Shown here in pieces: positions 18,851 to 28,387 of a DNA stretch of 64,000 nucleotides. Origin of the DNA: Chthoniobacteraceae bacterium (lineage in GTDB: Bacteria > Verrucomicrobiota > Verrucomicrobiia > Chthoniobacterales > Chthoniobacteraceae). Below the pieces are notes generated by a model. The model was not told where the DNA came from. It saw nothing but the letters and a program-made list of their open reading frames with translations, and searched no databases. Position 1 is the stretch's first letter; each line of letters opens with the position of its first letter. The stretch is from positions 1 to 64,000 of the forward strand of contig JANNWY010000196.1 in assembly GCA_031409335.1 (NCBI GenBank), given 5' to 3'. The translations under genes and the position numbers were made by a program.

Positions 18851-19986
18851 CAGCGGAAAACGGCGGCGGGTTCGAGCACCAGCACGCGCCGGATGCTGAG
18901 CACACTGGCGACGACGACCACGAAAAAAACGCATCCCGCCGTGATGGCGACCGTCTCCCACAGCAGCACGAGCCCGCGCGTGGCGGCCTGCTTTGAGATG
19001 AAATCGAAAAACAGCGCGGCCAGCCCGGTGCCGATGGCAAAGCCGACGAAGCCGACGGTGACCGCTTGCAGCAGGATCATGCCGACGAGCCGCCAGTTCG
19101 TCACGCCGATGGCCTTGAGCGCGCCGAATTGCTTCAGATTCTCGACCGTGAAGAGATAGAAAGTCTGCCCCACCACCACGGTCCCGACGATCAGCGCGAT
19201 GCTGATGGTGATGCCAAAATTCGCCGGGATGCCGGTGTTTTCCATGTAATACCACATGCAGTCGTGGCGGAATTCATCGGCGGTGCGCGCGCGCAATCCG
19301 GTCTGCGCCGCGATTCGCTGCGTGAGTTCCTCGGGAGTCACCTTCAGCCTGGGGCGCGCCACCACGAATGACATCTGGAGCCGCTCCTGGCCCTGAAATT
19401 TCACCGCTTCCGTGTAGCGCGTGTGGATGATCGGAAAACTCACGAAACCCGGCGAGGCGTCCGAGATGCCGACGATGCGCACGACGTGATCGTTCATCTC
19501 GAGGGTGCCGCCGAGTTCCAGCGGCTTGCCCGGAAAGAGCAGCGAGTAGCCCCCCTGGTCGATGACCACGGACTCCGGCTCGCGCAATCTTTCCCACGAA
19601 CCGAGCACCATCTGGCGCGGCACGCCCACGAGCGTCGAATCATCCAGCCCAAGCACGATGCATTGTCCAAATTTTCCATCGCGCGTCCGGGCCACCGGCA
19701 TCCCCTTGAACATGCGCACCGCCCACAGCACGCCGGGGACGCCGCGCACCCGCGTGAGATCGGTGTCCTTCAGCGGCTTGGTTTCGTCGAAATACTTCGT
19801 CGCCGGGTCCATCACCCACACCTCGGCATCGGTCACATCCGCGATCTGGTTCCCCGTGCGCAGCATGATGCCGGCGAAAATAGAAGTCTGGTTTTCCAGC
19901 AGGAAGGTGGAAAACGCGATGGCGAAGACGAGGCCAAGATACTTCGCCCGATCGCCCGTTAGCATCCGGAGTGCGACAAAATTCAT
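18850..19986 (-). CDS. ABC exporter permease (FtsX/MacB/DevC-like)
   Basis: N-terminal TM, periplasmic domain, three C-terminal TMs; FGALKAIG; LEPAAVFR. Confidence 0.9.
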   Translation of the reverse strand: MNFVALRMLTGDRAKYLGLVFAIAFSTFLLENQTSIFAGIMLRTGNQIADVTDAEVWVMDPATKYFDETKPLKDTDLTRVRGVPGVLWAVRMFKGMPVARTRDGKFGQCIVLGLDDSTLVGVPRQMVLGSWERLREPESVVIDQGGYSLLFPGKPLELGGTLEMNDHVVRIVGISDASPGFVSFPIIHTRYTEAVKFQGQERLQMSFVVARPRLKVTPEELTQRIAAQTGLRARTADEFRHDCMWYYMENTGIPANFGITISIALIVGTVVVGQTFYLFTVENLKQFGALKAIGVTNWRLVGMILLQAVTVGFVGFAIGTGLAALFFDFISKQAATRGLVLLWETVAITAGCVFFVVVVASVLSIRRVLVLEPAAVFR

Positions 19987-20096
19987 GGATCAGCCAGTCT
20001 TCTAGCAGAAGTGAAGCCAGCGTCATGCACTCGATTCACGGCGCATCCACGTTCTATCGACCTTTCCTTTTCGACATAACCTAAATTCGGCGATGG

Positions 20097-20136
20097 AACC
20101 GCGGACGACGCGGAAGACGCGGAGAACGCAGCGGTT
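20097..20136. repeat. Short intergenic 9-mer repeat element (CGCGGAAGA-like) with AACCGC/GCGGTT ends
   Basis: AACCGCGGACGACGCGGAAGACGCGGAGAACGCAGCGGTT; same unit family as the element at 34893-34991. Confidence 0.6.
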
Positions 20137-20191
20137 TACGAAGCTGGCAGATACATTCAGATCGCTCCCGCGCTGGCGGCGGCGGGCTTGG

Positions 20192-20917
20192 TTACTTTCC
20201 TGCCGCGAAAACTCCGGCAGCCGCTTTTACGCTGATCTTTTGATTCCTCGCGTAGGCGGAGGCAGCGCGCTGGCGGATTTGTTCCGGCGTTTCAGCGGCG
20301 AGCCAGCCCGCGATGACGGCTTTCAGGATGAAACCGCCGGGATACATGAGTTGCGTGGTCGTGAGCAGCGGCGTCGCGCCCACCTTTTCCAAATGCGGCG
20401 TGAAATAATCCTGGCTCTTGCAGCAAAGGATGATGGCTTGGCGGCCTGGACCGCGGCGCGCGGTGGCCTCGGCGGGAAGCGAAAAATCCATCAGGCCATT
20501 GTGACCGATGTATGCGACAAGCGGCGTCTGCTCGCGCGGCGCATCGCTGGCCAGCGCGGCGAAAAAGCTGACGAGGCATTGTTTGATGGCGGACCCGCGA
20601 TAGACATCGGCGATCAGCTCCCACTTGCCGCTCTGGTGACTGAAAATCGCACGCTCCAGCACGTCGGGCGTCGGGTTCCTTTCGGTGCGCGCCGCCTTCC
20701 AGTCCGCGCTTGCCCGCAGCACCGGTTTCAGTGCTTTGGAACATCCCCAGTAGAGGTTCGCCTCGGCATCGTCGCCGTTGCCGATTTTGGCCGGCACCGG
20801 GATGATGCCCTGAGTGCGGTTGTCCGCGAGGGCGATGAAGACATGAACGCGAACCGGCTCGGCGCGGGCGACGAGAGCGAGCAGGAGGAATAGAAAAAAG
20901 TGTGTCGAGACAGCCAT
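20192..20917 (-). CDS. Secreted hypothetical protein
   Basis: ATG 20917 with a signal peptide; globular-looking motifs ALADNRTQGIIPVP, NLYWG, YIGHNGLMD, CCKS. Confidence 0.7.
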   Translation of the reverse strand: MAVSTHFFLFLLLALVARAEPVRVHVFIALADNRTQGIIPVPAKIGNGDDAEANLYWGCSKALKPVLRASADWKAARTERNPTPDVLERAIFSHQSGKWELIADVYRGSAIKQCLVSFFAALASDAPREQTPLVAYIGHNGLMDFSLPAEATARRGPGRQAIILCCKSQDYFTPHLEKVGATPLLTTTQLMYPGGFILKAVIAGWLAAETPEQIRQRAASAYARNQKISVKAAAGVFAAGK

Positions 20918-20967
20918 CTTACTAATGCAGCGCGGCAAACTCGGACTGGAACGCCGGTGGCCCAATC

Positions 20968-23900
20968 TCAAGGCACCACCACCGCGCGGTAAAATCGCTG
21001 CTGCAGCGCCGCGGCTCCGGGGTCGGTGATCGTGATGTTGCTGCCGGTGCCGGGGATTTGATCGGCGAGGATGCGCCACGGCATCGGGGAGCCGAGGAGG
21101 TCCGCATAGTCGATGCGATAGGTGCGGCCAGCGAAATTCGCGAGGCTCAGCGTTTTATCCGCGCTGACCGTGGCGGGCGCCGCGAGACGGAAAACGCTGG
21201 CGGGATTTTTCGGATCGGTGCCCGCGCGAAATTCCTGCGCGTTCGTCATGCCGTCGCCGTCGAAGTCAGCGGTCCCATTCGTCGTGGTGAGCAGCGGCCA
21301 ATTCGCGAGTTCGTAGGCGTCGGGCAGTCCGTCGCCGTCGGTGTCCGTTGTTGTCACCGTTCTGTTTTGCGAAAACTCGGACGTGTTCCCCGACGGGTCC
21401 GCGGCAGTCGCGGTGATGACGTGCCCGGCGGGCACGATCGCGGGCAGCGTCGTGATGAAGCTCGCCGCGCCAGCGGCGGTGGTCGTGACATTGATCGCGC
21501 CGATGAAGTTTTGCCCCTCGCCATTTCCCGATGAGTCGCCCGTCGTGTTCTCGAAAAATTCGATGCGATACGCGAGGATGGCGGGCGTGCTGTTGAGCGT
21601 GCCGATCACCGTGGTGCCGGTGCCGAGCACGGCGGATGTGAGCACGGGGAAATTTTGCAAATTGTTCGGCCCGGTGTCGGCGTCGTTCGCGTCGTTGGCG
21701 GTTACGCCATCGTTCCAGATGTCGATGCCGCGCCCGCCGTTGCCGACGATGGAATTGCCGCTGATGCGATTGCCGTTCGTGCCTGGATTGTAAATGGCTA
21801 AGCCCGCGCTCGTGTTGCCAGAAATCAGATTCGCCGCGCCCGGTGTGGTGCCGCCGATCGTGTTGTTTTGCGCGCCGCCCGAGCCGTCGGCAAACAGCGC
21901 GATGCCTTCGTTCGTGTTGGCCACGAGCGCGCCCGCCGGCGTGACGCCGATGGAGTTTCCGACGACCACATTTCCGCTCGTCGGATTGCCGCTGATCGTC
22001 AGCCCCGCGCCGCTGTTGCCCGCGATGAAATTCCGCCCGCCGCTCACGCCGCCGATTGTGTTGCCCTGCGCGCCGCCGAAAATCTGGATGCCCGCTCCGG
22101 CATTCGCCAGCGCGGCGGTACCCGCGGCGTTCAGGCCGATGAGGTTTCCGGTGAATACGTTGTTGTTCGCGCCAGTGATCGTCACGCCGCGCGAGGTGTT
22201 GCCGGAAATCACATTGCCCGCACCCGGCGCGGTGCCACCGATCGTGTTCGCGCTCGCGCCGCTGAAAACTTCGACGCCGGGAAAACCGTTCGCGATGGCG
22301 GCGGTGCCGGCGGGATTCGTGCCGATGTAATTTCCCGAAATGCGATTGCCGGTCGTGCCCGCGCCGTTCAGCGAGACGCCCTGGTTGGCGTTTCCCGAGA
22401 GAATATTGCGCGCCGCCGCGGTCGTTCCGCCGATCACATTGTTCCGCGCGCCGCCGCCGATTTCGACGCCCGCAAATCCATTCGCCAGCGCGGCGCCGCC
22501 CGCCGCATTCAGGCCGATCATGTTTCCCGAGACGACGTTTCCGTTCGTGCCGGAATCGCCGATGTAGATGCCCTGGCTGGTGTTGCCGGAAATCAGATTC
22601 GCCGCGCTCGCGCTGGTGCCGCCGATGGTGTTGCTGCTCGCTTCGCTGAAAAGGCCGACGCCGGAAAAGGCGTTCGGAATCGCAGCGGTGCCCGCCGGAT
22701 TGGTGCCGATGAAATTCCCCGCAATGGTGTTGTTGTTCGAGCCCGCCTGGCTGATCGCCGCACCTTGCGCGGAATTGCCGGAGAGCACATTGCCCGTGCC
22801 CGCGGCGCTGCCCCCGATCACGTTGAAAGTCGCGCCGCCGAAAATCTCGACGCCCGCAAAAATGTTCGGGATCGCCGCCGTGCCCGCCGCATTGAGGCCG
22901 ATGTAGTTTCCGACGACTCCGTTATTGCCGCTGCCCGCACCGCTGATCGCCACGCCCTGATTCGCATTGCCGGAAATGATGTTGCGCGCCGCCGCACTGG
23001 AGCCGCCGATGACATTGAACTGCGCGCCGCCGAAAATCTGCACTCCGGAAAATCCATTCGCGACCGCTCCCGTGCCCGCCGCGTTCGTGCCGATGAAATT
23101 TCCCGCCACGGTATTGCCCTGCGATCCGATGATCGCGACGCCCTGGCTTGAATTTCCCGAGAGCACATTCCCCGCGCCCGCCGCCGTGCCGCCGACGAGG
23201 TTGCCGCCGTTGCCCGCGCTGATCTCGACTCCCGCAAAACCATTTGCCAGCGCCGCCGTGCCCGCCGCATTGGTGCCGATGAAATTTCCTTCGATGAAAT
23301 TCCCTCCCGTCCCCGCCTCGCGAATGAAGACGCCCTGCGCGGCGTTTCCCGAAATGACATTCCGCGCGCCGGCTGTCGTGCCGCCAATGCGATTCGCCGT
23401 AGCGCCGCCATTGATCTCGATGCCGGCAAACGTATTCGCGCTCGCCGCCGTCCCCGCCGCATTCGTGCCGATGTAGCAGCCCGCGACCGTGTTCCCGGTC
23501 GCGCCCGCCGTGATGAGGATGCCCTGCGTGTTGAAGCCATTGATGACGAGCCCGCGCACCGTCACACTCGCCGCGCTCAAGCGCAGGCCAAGCCCGTAGG
23601 TCGATGGGTCGGTTTGCAGCGCGCCGTTGAGCACGATTTCGGGGCCGCTCGCGTTGGTGTTTCCGGTGAAAGCGGTCTGCGTCGTCGCGTCGATGGTCGT
23701 CCGTGATCCGGGCGCAGTCATGCGGTCGGTGGGCCGGATGGTGAAGACGCCGCCCGCGAAATTCGGATCGGTGTTCGGGATTTGGAAAGTGATCGCCGGC
23801 GTCGCCAGCGGCGTGTCCGTCACGATGTCGAACGCCTTGTAAATCGCCGTGCGCAGCGAGCCCGCGCCGGAGTCCTTCGTATTCGTGACGACGGTCGAGA

Positions 23901-24696
23901 CGGCCGGTCCCGCGCCGTACATCAGCGCTATCCCATCGCGATCCGCGCGGCTCAGGGTGCGGTCGAGATTGTTTCCCATGATGTCGATGAACTGCGTGTA
24001 ACCCGCATTCGGCAGCACGGTGTCCGTGCCAAACGTGTTTCGCGCGTAATGCATGATCGAGAGAAAATCGTACGCGCCGTTGTTCGTGGAGGTCGGGATG
24101 AGGATGAAATTTCCATCACCGAGGAAGGCCGGGGCGATGGTCACAAACGTGTTGCGGTCGCTGCGCTGGTGCTCGTGGATGAGCCCGAGCGCGTGGCCGA
24201 ATTCGTGGACGAGCGTGCCGCGATTCCAGCTCGTCGGCCCGATGTTGAGCTGCTGCACACCGCCGATCATGCCGACCGCGGAGTTGCCGCCGTTGAGGCC
24301 GGCCTGCTCGTTAATCATCACGTAATTCGGCTGCGCCACGCGTGGGGTAAAAGTGAGATTTGCAAACGAAGCCCACTCGCCCATCGCATCGAGCGTGGCC
24401 GTGCGGTGCGCCGCGCTGACGTTCGCATTGAAGGTGTAATAGACGTTGCCGCCGGTCCATTTGTTGATGCCGCCCGCCGCCGCGCTGCGCGGTGCCCGCC
24501 CGCCCGCGAGCTGGTTCCGCCAAAGCCGCACCGTTTCCACCGAAACGACCATGTCGCCGAGGACCACCGTGGTTTGTTCAGGCGTGACCGCCGCGAGAAT
24601 GGAATCATAAGCCGCGACGTCGCTCTCCGAGCCGCCGAACGCCTGGCGGGTTGCGGTCGCAATGAGAAGTCCAAGCAAGAAGAGCCGCGCGCGCAT
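20968..24696 (-). CDS. Secreted astacin-family (M12A) zinc metalloprotease with parallel beta-helix repeats
   Basis: HEFGHALGLIHEHQRSDR and Met-turn SIMHY; nine G(N/C)xIG(T/L/V)xxAG repeat units; DTDGDG/DFDGDG Ca-binding-like motifs; C-terminal RFYR. Confidence 0.9.
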   Translation of the reverse strand: MRARLFLLGLLIATATRQAFGGSESDVAAYDSILAAVTPEQTTVVLGDMVVSVETVRLWRNQLAGGRAPRSAAAGGINKWTGGNVYYTFNANVSAAHRTATLDAMGEWASFANLTFTPRVAQPNYVMINEQAGLNGGNSAVGMIGGVQQLNIGPTSWNRGTLVHEFGHALGLIHEHQRSDRNTFVTIAPAFLGDGNFILIPTSTNNGAYDFLSIMHYARNTFGTDTVLPNAGYTQFIDIMGNNLDRTLSRADRDGIALMYGAGPAVSTVVTNTKDSGAGSLRTAIYKAFDIVTDTPLATPAITFQIPNTDPNFAGGVFTIRPTDRMTAPGSRTTIDATTQTAFTGNTNASGPEIVLNGALQTDPSTYGLGLRLSAASVTVRGLVINGFNTQGILITAGATGNTVAGCYIGTNAAGTAASANTFAGIEINGGATANRIGGTTAGARNVISGNAAQGVFIREAGTGGNFIEGNFIGTNAAGTAALANGFAGVEISAGNGGNLVGGTAAGAGNVLSGNSSQGVAIIGSQGNTVAGNFIGTNAAGTGAVANGFSGVQIFGGAQFNVIGGSSAAARNIISGNANQGVAISGAGSGNNGVVGNYIGLNAAGTAAIPNIFAGVEIFGGATFNVIGGSAAGTGNVLSGNSAQGAAISQAGSNNNTIAGNFIGTNPAGTAAIPNAFSGVGLFSEASSNTIGGTSASAANLISGNTSQGIYIGDSGTNGNVVSGNMIGLNAAGGAALANGFAGVEIGGGARNNVIGGTTAAARNILSGNANQGVSLNGAGTTGNRISGNYIGTNPAGTAAIANGFPGVEVFSGASANTIGGTAPGAGNVISGNTSRGVTITGANNNVFTGNLIGLNAAGTAALANAGAGIQIFGGAQGNTIGGVSGGRNFIAGNSGAGLTISGNPTSGNVVVGNSIGVTPAGALVANTNEGIALFADGSGGAQNNTIGGTTPGAANLISGNTSAGLAIYNPGTNGNRISGNSIVGNGGRGIDIWNDGVTANDANDADTGPNNLQNFPVLTSAVLGTGTTVIGTLNSTPAILAYRIEFFENTTGDSSGNGEGQNFIGAINVTTTAAGAASFITTLPAIVPAGHVITATAADPSGNTSEFSQNRTVTTTDTDGDGLPDAYELANWPLLTTTNGTADFDGDGMTNAQEFRAGTDPKNPASVFRLAAPATVSADKTLSLANFAGRTYRIDYADLLGSPMPWRILADQIPGTGSNITITDPGAAALQQRFYRAVVVP

Positions 24697-24860
24697 GATC
24701 GAAACTGTAGCGCATTTGGTCGTGCGGATGAATCGAAAAACGCGGTGCGCGAGGCGCGACGTTTTGTGGGCGCACCGGGCGCGGTTATGTAGGATTCACG
24801 CGCACGGGCTCGGCGCGGGCGGGTATTGCGAATGAAAGCAGGATGTTCATTCATTTCTTT

Positions 24861-24909
24861 ATGCAAATAGATTGCATTTGAATGTGAAATGGATGCAATT
24901 CATTTGCAT
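24861..24909. promoter_or_regulatory. Two ATGCAA-N5-TTGCAT palindromic operator boxes (probable Fur-family site)
   Basis: ATGCAAATAGATTGCAT at 24861-24877 and ATGCAATTCATTTGCAT at 24893-24909, in an AT-rich divergent intergenic region. Confidence 0.7.
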
Positions 24910-24926
24910 CTGAAAACACGCACCCA

Positions 24927-25085
24927 TTGAGCACGCACGTTTCCTCACTCGCCATTTCGCCCACGCATCGCGATCCACAGTCGATCGCGGCCTTCAAGGG
25001 CCGGCTCTGGGCCGACCACGCGCGCCTGCGCCTCATCCTCGAACCCTGCGAGCCACGCTTGCTGAGCCCGGCTCGAATACCATGA
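24927..25085 (+). other. Possible 52-aa ORF or gene remnant carrying a LEPR-XLL-like motif
   Basis: TTG...[21 protein letters not shown]; the stop overlaps the ATG at 25082. Not in the ORF track. Confidence 0.35.
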
Positions 25086-25765
25086 AACTTCGTGCCTTCA
25101 CGCTCATCGAACTCCTCGTCGTCATCGCCATCATCGCGATCCTCGCGGCGATCATCATGCCGGTGGTCGGCGCGATGCGAGTGCGGGCGAGTCAGACCGC
25201 GTGCGCTTCCAATATGCGGCAGATCGGCATCGCACTGATCAACTACGCCAGCGAAAACGGCGGCAGCTTTCCCGAGACCACGCACACTGCCGAAGATGAG
25301 AAACAGGCGTAGATTTACACGCTCGCGCCCTTTCTCGGGAAGGTGGACGAGGTGCGCATCTGCCCGTCAGACCCGGCGCGCGAGCAGCGCTTGAAAGAGA
25401 AAGGGACGAGCTACGTGCTCAATGAATACATCGCGGTGCCGACGATGGATCGCTTTGGCGGGGTGAAGGAATCTTTTACCAATCTGCGCGGGCTGGCGCG
25501 GCCCGCGGCCACCATCACCACGTTCATCGTGGCCGATGGCACGAGCACGGATCACACGCACTCGCGGAACTGGGGGAAGGGCTGGAAGGCCGTGCTGCAG
25601 GACATCTGCCCGGATCGTCATCGGTCGGGCGCGGCGAGTAAGGATCGCACCAAAGGCTCCGCGAATTACCTCTTCGCCGACGGGCATGTGGAAGGGATCG
25701 AGGCTGCGGAAGTGCGCCGGCGAATCGAGGCAAAGGAACGCTTCGCGGCGCCACCCACCGAGTAA
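25082..25765 (+). pseudogene. Prepilin-type N-terminal methylation / H-X9-DG protein interrupted by an in-frame TAG
   Basis: [19 protein letters not shown]...[12 protein letters not shown] at 25310-25312, after which the frame continues IYTLAPFLGKVDEVRICPSD...SANYLFADGHV. Confidence 0.8.
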
Positions 25766-25772
25766 CTTCACC

Positions 25773-26531
25773 ATGAAACTAACCACCGTCCTCACCGCAC
25801 TGCTCCTGCCGCTCGCCGCGGCGCATGGCATTGAGGTGCTCAATCACGAGCACGTCGATCTCGGCCTCAACTACAATTCGACCTTCAAGCAATGGCAGTT
25901 CACCGCGCGGGATGAGGACAACACGAAGGAATACGCCGCCGATCGAGTGATCCTACACGGGGCGATTTCCGGGCAGGTCACCATCCCGAATGACGCGCGC
26001 TATGCCTTCCTCGGCGCGCCGGGCGCGACTTCCTACGTCCTGCCGCAGACTCAGGAGCCGGATCTGATCTATCTCGGCTTTTCGACCGAAAACAAAGGAG
26101 CGGTCATCAACGATTGGACGGGCGATGGGGTTTCCAATGACTTCCTGGTCCGCGGGATCAGTTCCGGGGTCTTTGCGGGAAACATTACCCTCTCCCTGCA
26201 AGCCGTGAGCGGCCCCGGCAGCTTCGCGCTTTACCGGACAAGTCCCGGCGGTGACCCACTGGTAAGTATCAATAGCGCCGACGGGATCGACGCGGGCGAC
26301 CGGCACCTATTCGGCTCGAACAACCATACCCATTTCAACTGGGCCTTCAGCCTGCCCGGTAACTACGAAGTCACGCTTCTGGCCTCCGGCTTTCTCGCCG
26401 GCACTGGCCAGCTCACCCAGAGCGCCCCGACGACTTTCACCTTCCAGATCGTGCCCGAGCCCAGCGTCGCCGCGCTGCTCGGCGGGTCCGGAATGCTGCT
26501 CCGCCTGCGCCGCCGCCCGCGACCCCTGTGA
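25773..26531 (+). CDS. Choice-of-anchor M (TIGR03769-like) domain protein with PEP-CTERM
   Basis: Signal peptide; HEHVDLG; LPQTQEPDLIYLGFSTE; SGPGSFALY; HTHFNWAFSLPGNY; VPEPS + TM + RRR. Confidence 0.85.
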   Translation: MKLTTVLTALLLPLAAAHGIEVLNHEHVDLGLNYNSTFKQWQFTARDEDNTKEYAADRVILHGAISGQVTIPNDARYAFLGAPGATSYVLPQTQEPDLIYLGFSTENKGAVINDWTGDGVSNDFLVRGISSGVFAGNITLSLQAVSGPGSFALYRTSPGGDPLVSINSADGIDAGDRHLFGSNNHTHFNWAFSLPGNYEVTLLASGFLAGTGQLTQSAPTTFTFQIVPEPSVAALLGGSGMLLRLRRRPRPL

Positions 26532-26568
26532 CTCTCAACGAACAACCAACAACCAACAAACACACCAC

Positions 26569-27273
26569 ATGCACAAAAACATCCAACTCCTATCCCTCGC
26601 CATCTTCGCTGCCGCGCTACCCGCGCAGGCTCTGCCCGTGCTGACCACCGAGCACGTCGATATCGGCGTCGCCTTCGATCTTGGCGCCTTCGACCTGCAC
26701 ATCCACGACGAGACGAACGAAATCGAATACGCCCCCGATGAAGCCATCCTGCAGGTGAATCCGGAGGGATTTCAACTGGTGCCCAGCGATCCGAACTACG
26801 GTTTTTTGGGCACGCCCGGCGTGAGCACTGTGTGGCGTCTGCCGAAAGTGGCGAACCCCGCGCTCCTCCTGCTCGGCTTCGGTACTGAGGAGATCGATCC
26901 CGGCACGCTCGACAGCAATCAGTTCACATTTTCCCTCATCGCGGTGGCCGAGCCCGGCGGTGGCAAGTTCACCCTCTACAATACCGACCTCTTCGACGTG
27001 CCGACTGTTTACATGAATAGCGGCAACGGCATCACCGCGGCGGATTCCATCATCCTCCCGACCGGCGGACACGCGGACTTCAACTGGACCTTCAGCGAGG
27101 AAGGCACCTACGACATCATCGTTAAAGCCACCGCCCAAGTCGCAGGAGTGCCGGTATCTCAACAATCGACCTACACGTTCGTCGTCGTGCCCGAACCCGG
27201 CTCGGCCCTGCTCATCGCTCTGGGTCTCGCCACCTTCGGCTTGCGCCGCCAGCGCCGTGCCGTCCTCGCCTGA
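26569..27273 (+). CDS. Choice-of-anchor M domain protein with PEP-CTERM
   Basis: Signal peptide; EHVDIG; LLLLGFGTEE; HADFNWTFSEEGTY; VPEPGS + TM + RRQRR. Confidence 0.85.
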   Translation: MHKNIQLLSLAIFAAALPAQALPVLTTEHVDIGVAFDLGAFDLHIHDETNEIEYAPDEAILQVNPEGFQLVPSDPNYGFLGTPGVSTVWRLPKVANPALLLLGFGTEEIDPGTLDSNQFTFSLIAVAEPGGGKFTLYNTDLFDVPTVYMNSGNGITAADSIILPTGGHADFNWTFSEEGTYDIIVKATAQVAGVPVSQQSTYTFVVVPEPGSALLIALGLATFGLRRQRRAVLA

Positions 27274-27277
27274 CCGC

Positions 27278-28387
27278 ATGCCATTCGTCTCCGCAACGAT
27301 CCTGCCGCGCCGGTCCGACCCCGCGCGGCAGACCGAACTTTGCAGGACGCCGCTGAGGTGCCATGCCGTCTCGCAGCGACGGCTGCAACCACGGCCCCGC
27401 GGTTCCTTAAATTGGATCAAAAGAATCCCCCTCATTTTTCTTGTCCGGTATTGCTCCATTCGGTGGCTGACTTTCCTCGCGGCCACTTCCATCGGTCGGG
27501 CGGCTCTCGCCCCCGGCTACGTGGAAGTGGACGCCATCCACGCCGACATCGCGCTTCCTTATATCGGCGATGCCACAAGTGGAGTCTGGCAGCCCTTCGT
27601 TTTTGCCGGGGTGATTCATTACGAAGGCATCTACGCTGCTAACAAAGCGCTCCTCATCGTCAAAGAGGGCACGCTCACTGCCCGCCCCGCTGGTTCGCAG
27701 TTCGATTTCATGGGTGTCCCGGAGGGAACCCCGATCTACCGGCTTTCCGCCAGCCAGGTGCCCGACCAGCTTTATCTCGGAGTCGAGGCGGACTACGGGA
27801 CAACCTCACCGGAGCGCATGCTCCTCAACAAAGACACCAACTACAAGCGATGGGATCCGGACGATGCCGGGCCGACGGACCCGCAGCGCTGGGTGGAGAT
27901 CGCCGTCAAAGCCGTGCGCGGCCCCGGCCACGTGTCGGTGTATAACTTTCCGGGCTTCTCCCCGCGCGCCTGGGTCGCCTCCGCCGATGGCATCACCGCC
28001 GACGACGAATGGCACCAAATCCCGCGCAGCCATTCGCACTACAACTGGGCCTTCACCCAGCCCGGCTACTACGAAATCGACATCCAGGCGCGCACTTTCC
28101 TCGGGCCAAACTCCGGCGCAGGCACCGAAGTCGTCAGCCCCATCGTCACCTTCCATTTTCAAGTCGGTCCCGCACCCGAGACCACGCTGCGCATCTTTCG
28201 CGACGGCACCGACGCGGTGCTCGCCTGGCCAAATCCGTCGCCCGGATTCCAACTCCAATCTTCACCCAGCCTGAGTCCGCCCGCCTGGACCGACGTGCTC
28301 ACCGCGCCCGCGATCGTGGGTCGGGAAAAGCAGGTGATCTGGGGGCCGGCGAGCGGGAGCCGCTTCTTCCGGCTCTTCCGGCCATGA
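27278..28387 (+). CDS. Choice-of-anchor M domain protein with C-terminal 'LAWP...FFRL' domain (start uncertain)
   Basis: HADI; DQLYLGVE; RGPGHVSVY; HSHYNWAFTQPGYY. No PEP-CTERM. A signal-like stretch lies near 27410-27510 without an obvious adjacent start codon. Confidence 0.75.
   Translation: MPFVSATILPRRSDPARQTELCRTPLRCHAVSQRRLQPRPRGSLNWIKRIPLIFLVRYCSIRWLTFLAATSIGRAALAPGYVEVDAIHADIALPYIGDATSGVWQPFVFAGVIHYEGIYAANKALLIVKEGTLTARPAGSQFDFMGVPEGTPIYRLSASQVPDQLYLGVEADYGTTSPERMLLNKDTNYKRWDPDDAGPTDPQRWVEIAVKAVRGPGHVSVYNFPGFSPRAWVASADGITADDEWHQIPRSHSHYNWAFTQPGYYEIDIQARTFLGPNSGAGTEVVSPIVTFHFQVGPAPETTLRIFRDGTDAVLAWPNPSPGFQLQSSPSLSPPAWTDVLTAPAIVGREKQVIWGPASGSRFFRLFRP

Noticed and set aside
21790..23530. 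CRISPR-like periodic repeats
   Set aside because: The periodicity comes from degenerate protein-level beta-helix repeats inside an ORF. There are no identical repeats with spacers and no cas genes.
25310..25312. Pyrrolysine or recoded TAG
   Set aside because: TAG ends ordinary genes in this window (e.g. 1134-1136) and no pyl genes are seen. A point change from TGG is simpler.
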